Source: Rhodospirillaceae bacterium
GTDB lineage: Bacteria; Pseudomonadota; Alphaproteobacteria; Rhodospirillales; JABJKH01
Length of the DNA: 64,000 nucleotides
Direction: 5' to 3'
Assembly (NCBI GenBank): GCA_018660465.1
Contig: JABJKH010000091.1
Span: 7,789-71,788, forward strand
Positions 60,275-64,000 of the stretch are shown in pieces (within the stretch, counting starts at the first letter, position 1; every line of letters begins with the position of its first letter). Below the pieces are notes generated by a model. It saw only the letters and a program-made list of their open reading frames with translations, did not search any database and was not told the DNA's origin. The translations under genes and the position numbers were made by a program.

Positions 60275-60817
60275 ATGAATAATAACCGAAAAGATCGTTG
60301 GGTATTTGCATACGGTTCGCTGATGTGGCGGCCTGGGTTTGAGTATGAGGAAGTGCAAACAGCCCGCCTACATGGCTACCATCGCGCCCTTTGCGTATTT
60401 TCCCCAAACTACCGTGGCACCCACGAAAAGCCGGGGCTTGTTGTTGGCCTGGATGCAGGTGGGTCCTGCATTGGCCGCGCATTTCGTCTGCACCGGGACA
60501 ATGAAAAACAAGTCCAGGCATATTTGGATGAACGCGAACTTTTAACCGGGGTCTATAATTGTAGAGACATAACATTGGCGCTGGAGACCGGATCACAGGT
60601 TCCTGCCTATGGCTATGTTGTAAAACGAAGCCACGAACTTTATACCGGCAAACTAACGCCTATTGAGGCGTCGCAGTTTATTCTTGGTCGGGCCGGACGA
60701 ACGGGAACTTGCCTGGAATATCTGGAAAATACTGTCACGCATATTGAAGAATTAGGCATCGACGGCGGCGATTTGCGGCGGGTGCTTGATCTGGTGCAGG
60801 ATAAGGACGCGGGCTAA
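60275..60817 (+). CDS. chaC: gamma-glutamylcyclotransferase, ChaC family
   Basis: 180 aa. WVFAYGSLMWRPGF, GLVVGLD.GGSC.G.AFR, YLDERE. Confidence 0.85.
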   Translation: MNNNRKDRWVFAYGSLMWRPGFEYEEVQTARLHGYHRALCVFSPNYRGTHEKPGLVVGLDAGGSCIGRAFRLHRDNEKQVQAYLDERELLTGVYNCRDITLALETGSQVPAYGYVVKRSHELYTGKLTPIEASQFILGRAGRTGTCLEYLENTVTHIEELGIDGGDLRRVLDLVQDKDAG

Positions 60818-61431
60818 TTTCGCAGTGCTGAGCCCAAAAAATTATTCACGAACGGCTTAGGCCCGGGCAAAAGGTAGCCTGTTTCCATGTGATCTATGTT
60901 CAAGGAACTCGCGGCGATTTGTTTATCCAGAGGCCGGTTCAAATGGCAGCCCCCGGCGACTTTCCTCATCAGCGGTGTCAGTCGGTTCTGCCACCCGGCA
61001 ACACCTTGATCCGTTGCCAGACCATGTTCCAGAAATAGAAACTGTCCACCCGGTTTTAATACCCGATGAATTTCCGCGACCACTTCATCTACATTTGCAA
61101 CGCTGCACAGAGTCCAGGTTGAAACCACTGTGTCGTACGTCGCATCTGACGCGGGAACTTGCTCCGCGCCACCTTGAATAAAGTCGACGTCAATCGGCGC
61201 ATTCTTGGCATTTTTTTCAGCCAGGACCAAGCCGATTTCTGACGGGTCGATCCCGGTAACGTTTTCAACTTCGGAACCGTAAAAAGGAAGATTAAGGCCG
61301 GAGCCAATGCCAATTTCCAGTACCCGCCCTTTGGCGCGACCAACGAGACCGCGCCGCAATTCCTGGAATTTTTCGCCGCGCATTGCATAATGAATCAGCC
61401 GAGGAACAAATTGGTCGGCGTAGAGGCCCAC
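60814..61431 (-). CDS. class I SAM-dependent methyltransferase
   Basis: 205 aa. VLEIGIGSGLNL (motif I), YDTVVSTWTLC, LKPGGQFLFLEH. Confidence 0.8.
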   Translation of the reverse strand: MGLYADQFVPRLIHYAMRGEKFQELRRGLVGRAKGRVLEIGIGSGLNLPFYGSEVENVTGIDPSEIGLVLAEKNAKNAPIDVDFIQGGAEQVPASDATYDTVVSTWTLCSVANVDEVVAEIHRVLKPGGQFLFLEHGLATDQGVAGWQNRLTPLMRKVAGGCHLNRPLDKQIAASSLNIDHMETGYLLPGPKPFVNNFLGSALRN

Positions 61432-61437
61432 CGAACG

Positions 61438-63810
61438 TCAGCCGCACTTGGAATAGGCGCAACTGGTGCAGGTGTCGCACCCTTCCTGCTTGATCAGACT
61501 GAGTTGGGCACATTTCGGACATTGTCGGAAAGGTGATCTGGTTTGAGGTTCTTCGCCATCAGTTCCCCCACCGGCCGTCGCCGTGAGCTTAACGATTTCG
61601 CGATTTTCCTCGCTGTCGCCTGTAAAGCCGTCCGGGGCCGCAAGAAATCCGATTTCGATCATGTGGCGTTCAATCACTTCGCCAATCGCGGCCAGCAACG
61701 ACGGTACATAACGCCCGCGAACCCATTGCCCCCCGCGCGGATCGAACACGGCCTTAAGTTCCTCAACTACGAAGCTGACATCACCACCGCGCCGGAAGAC
61801 CGCCGAAATCATCCGCGTTAGCCCGACGGTCCAGGCATAGTGTTCCATATTCTTGGAATTGATAAAGATTTCGAAGGGGCGCCGACGACCATCGCTGATC
61901 ATGTCGTTAAGCGTGATGTACATCGCATGCTCGGTTTCCGGCCAGCTCAGCTTGTAGGTTGCGCCCGGCAGGGCCTCAGGCCGGTCCAAGGGCTTGGTGA
62001 GTTGAACCACGACCCCGGCATCGCCCGCATCCTTTGGCTTGGCGTCGGCGTTGGCTTTCTTAGGTGAGAACAATTGGAGTTCTTGCTGTCCATCAGAAGA
62101 TTTTGATTTCGCCTTGTCGATGGTTTTCAGCACAGCGCCTGTAACATCGTTTGGACGGTACGTGGTGCAGCCCTTGCAGCCCAATTCATAGGCCCGGATG
62201 TAGATGTCCTTAAAATTCTCAAACGAAATTTCTTCCGGACAATTGATGGTCTTGGAGATGGAACTATCGACATAGGTCTGCACGGTCGCCTGCATCACCA
62301 AGTGGTCATTGGGGTTCAGCCCCTGGGCATCGACGAAGTAATCTGGCAACGGCGTGTTGTCGCCCTTAATCCGGCGGAACATGCGATAGGCGTAATCGCT
62401 GACTTCTTCTTCCTTGCGCGTGCCGTCCGGCATCAGGACTTGGCGGGTGTATTTAAAACTGAATACCGGTTCCAGGCCTGATGAAACATTGTCGGCAAAT
62501 AGGGAAATCGTCCCGGTTGGCGCAATTGAAGTCACCAATGCATTCCGAATACCATGTTCGGCAATGGCCGCACGGACGTCGTCATCCAAGCGCTGGATCA
62601 TTTCACCGGCCAAATACTTTTCGGCATCGTAAAGCGGAAACGCACCTTTTTCTGCTGCCAGTTCCGTCGACGCCAGATAAGCCGCACGCTCAATCGCTGC
62701 CATCCAGGTTTCCGTCAGTTCCACCGCCTCCCGGCTGCCATAGCGCGCCCGGCACATGATCAGCGCATCGGCGAGCCCGGTAATGCCGAGCCCGATCCGG
62801 CGTTTGGCCTTGGCTTCTTGGGCTTGGGCTTCCAGCGGGAAGTTTGAGACATCAATCACGTTGTCCATCATCCGAACTGCGGTTGTGACTAAACCGCTGA
62901 GGGCTTCAACATCCAAGTTCGCGCTGGCATCAAACGGGTCGTTGATCAGCCGCGCCAAATTGACCGAGCCCAACAGGCAGGCGCCATAAGGCGGCAAGGG
63001 CTGTTCACCACACGGGTTGGTCGCGTGAATGGTTTCGCAGTAATTCAGATTATTCAGGCGGTTGATACGATCGATGAAAATCACACCGGGTTCCGCATAG
63101 GCATAGGTCGCTCGCATGATTTTGTCCCAGAGATCACGCGCCGGAATGCTTTTATAAACCACATCGTCAAAGGACAGTTCCCAATCCGCATCTTCACGCA
63201 CCGCATCCATAAACGCGTCGCTGATCAAAACCGATAGGTTGAACATCCTGAGCCGTCCAGGCTCACGTTTGGCGTCAATGAAGGCTTCAACATCGGGATG
63301 GTCGCAACGGATCACCGCCATCATCGCACCGCGCCTGGAGCCCGCACTCATGATCGTGCGGCACATGGAATCCCATACATCCATGAACGACAACGGACCC
63401 GAAGCATCCGCGCCGACACCTTTAACCGGCGCGCCCTTGGGCCGCAATGTCGAAAAATCGTAGCCGATGCCGCCGCCCTGCTGCATGGTCAACGCGGCTT
63501 CTTTCAAGTTGTCGAAAATGCCCGACATGTCGTCCGGGACATTGCCCATGACGAAGCAGTTAAACAGGGTCACATTGCGGTTCGCCCCGGCACCTGAGAA
63601 AATTCGCCCAGCCGGCAAAAAGCGGAAATCATCCATTGCATCGAAAAAGCGTTGTTCCCAATGGACCGGGTCTTTTTCCTGCGCTGCCAAGGCCTTAGCC
63701 ACCCGATGCCAGGTATCGGCGATGGATTTATCGACAGGGTCGCCGTTCGCCGTTTTCAGGCGATACTTCATATCCCAAATTTGCTGCGAAATGGTAGCGA
63801 CTTGCGTCAT
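61438..63810 (-). CDS. nrdJ: adenosylcobalamin-dependent (class II) ribonucleotide reductase
   Basis: QQIWDMKYRL N-terminus, NPCGEQPLPPYGACLLGS active site, KTINCP, and a C-terminal zinc ribbon CPKC...CDTCTSC. I chose the ATG at 63810; the upstream 40 codons of the ORF track have no RNR-like sequence. Confidence 0.9.
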   Translation of the reverse strand: MTQVATISQQIWDMKYRLKTANGDPVDKSIADTWHRVAKALAAQEKDPVHWEQRFFDAMDDFRFLPAGRIFSGAGANRNVTLFNCFVMGNVPDDMSGIFDNLKEAALTMQQGGGIGYDFSTLRPKGAPVKGVGADASGPLSFMDVWDSMCRTIMSAGSRRGAMMAVIRCDHPDVEAFIDAKREPGRLRMFNLSVLISDAFMDAVREDADWELSFDDVVYKSIPARDLWDKIMRATYAYAEPGVIFIDRINRLNNLNYCETIHATNPCGEQPLPPYGACLLGSVNLARLINDPFDASANLDVEALSGLVTTAVRMMDNVIDVSNFPLEAQAQEAKAKRRIGLGITGLADALIMCRARYGSREAVELTETWMAAIERAAYLASTELAAEKGAFPLYDAEKYLAGEMIQRLDDDVRAAIAEHGIRNALVTSIAPTGTISLFADNVSSGLEPVFSFKYTRQVLMPDGTRKEEEVSDYAYRMFRRIKGDNTPLPDYFVDAQGLNPNDHLVMQATVQTYVDSSISKTINCPEEISFENFKDIYIRAYELGCKGCTTYRPNDVTGAVLKTIDKAKSKSSDGQQELQLFSPKKANADAKPKDAGDAGVVVQLTKPLDRPEALPGATYKLSWPETEHAMYITLNDMISDGRRRPFEIFINSKNMEHYAWTVGLTRMISAVFRRGGDVSFVVEELKAVFDPRGGQWVRGRYVPSLLAAIGEVIERHMIEIGFLAAPDGFTGDSEENREIVKLTATAGGGTDGEEPQTRSPFRQCPKCAQLSLIKQEGCDTCTSCAYSKCG

Positions 63811-64000
63811 TGACTCGAATACTCGTCTACATTTGAAATTTATAGGCCAACAAATGTAAGCTATGGCACCGCCTGGGTCAAGAAATGTTCTTGTTATGTT
63901 TCCCCTAATTATCCCCAAAATTAAGGACAAACAGAGGCGAAAAGAGGCTAAGCCGTTGCCAACTTATATCCCCACTATCCCCCTGATTCACAGGGGTGGA

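Noticed and set aside
61438-63930. Long N-terminal extension of the nrdJ ORF (start at 63930)
   Set aside because: The RNR-like sequence begins at MTQVATISQQIWDMKYRL (ATG at 63810). The extra 40 codons have no RNR similarity.
63811-64000. Cobalamin riboswitch or NrdR boxes upstream of nrdJ
   Set aside because: I saw no B12-box-like core and no 16-bp palindromic NrdR-type pair. The region is also truncated by the window edge.

Overview
The window reads as an alphaproteobacterial chromosome segment, roughly 50-52% GC by eye. That assignment rests on gene content and order: metXW / chorismate mutase-hisC-tyrC, phaR-phaA, apaG, DUF2125, and a class II B12-dependent ribonucleotide reductase. I support about 60 protein genes, one tRNA gene and several repeats from the translations and the raw sequence. 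I found no CRISPR array, IS element, integrase, prophage or recognisable defence gene.

Layout:
- 1-9.8 kb: small redox and catabolic enzymes, plus adhC/frmA-like and arfB.
- 9.9-13.2 kb: a 1104-aa multi-PAS LuxR-type regulator.
- 13.3-15.1 kb: tRNA-Gly(CCC) with a duplicated 5' half bracketing a two-gene cassette.
- 15-22 kb: radical SAM, apaG, folE, trkH, argE, pckG.
- 22-30 kb: two PrpD-family genes, TcuA-like, OCD-family and CMD genes, an orphan ABC ATPase and an M23 peptidase.
- 30-37 kb: a BTAD/TPR regulator, an MBL hydrolase, a TfdA dioxygenase and a membrane 2Fe-2S adenylate/guanylate cyclase.
- 37-40.6 kb: an ICL/PEP-mutase-family gene, LeuCD-like genes and an SDR.
- 40.7-50.8 kb: a sulfatase, all seven dedicated queuosine genes interrupted by an AT-rich orphan PAS histidine kinase, and an FGE-family gene.
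- 50.8-64 kb: housekeeping genes.

I see no clear-cut undescribed system. The best candidates for follow-up are:
1. The integrase-less cassette flanked by 38-bp repeats of the tRNA-Gly 5' half.
2. The translationally coupled PrpD/TcuA/OCD/CMD operon that ends in an orphan MlaF-like ATPase and a partly degenerate M23 peptidase.
3. The PAS-PAS cassette shared by the LuxR-type regulator and the orphan kinase.
4. The compact queuosine supercluster.
5. A lyase plus hydratase (ICL-family + LeuCD-like) module.

All functional calls come from motif and family recognition by eye. No database search was run.
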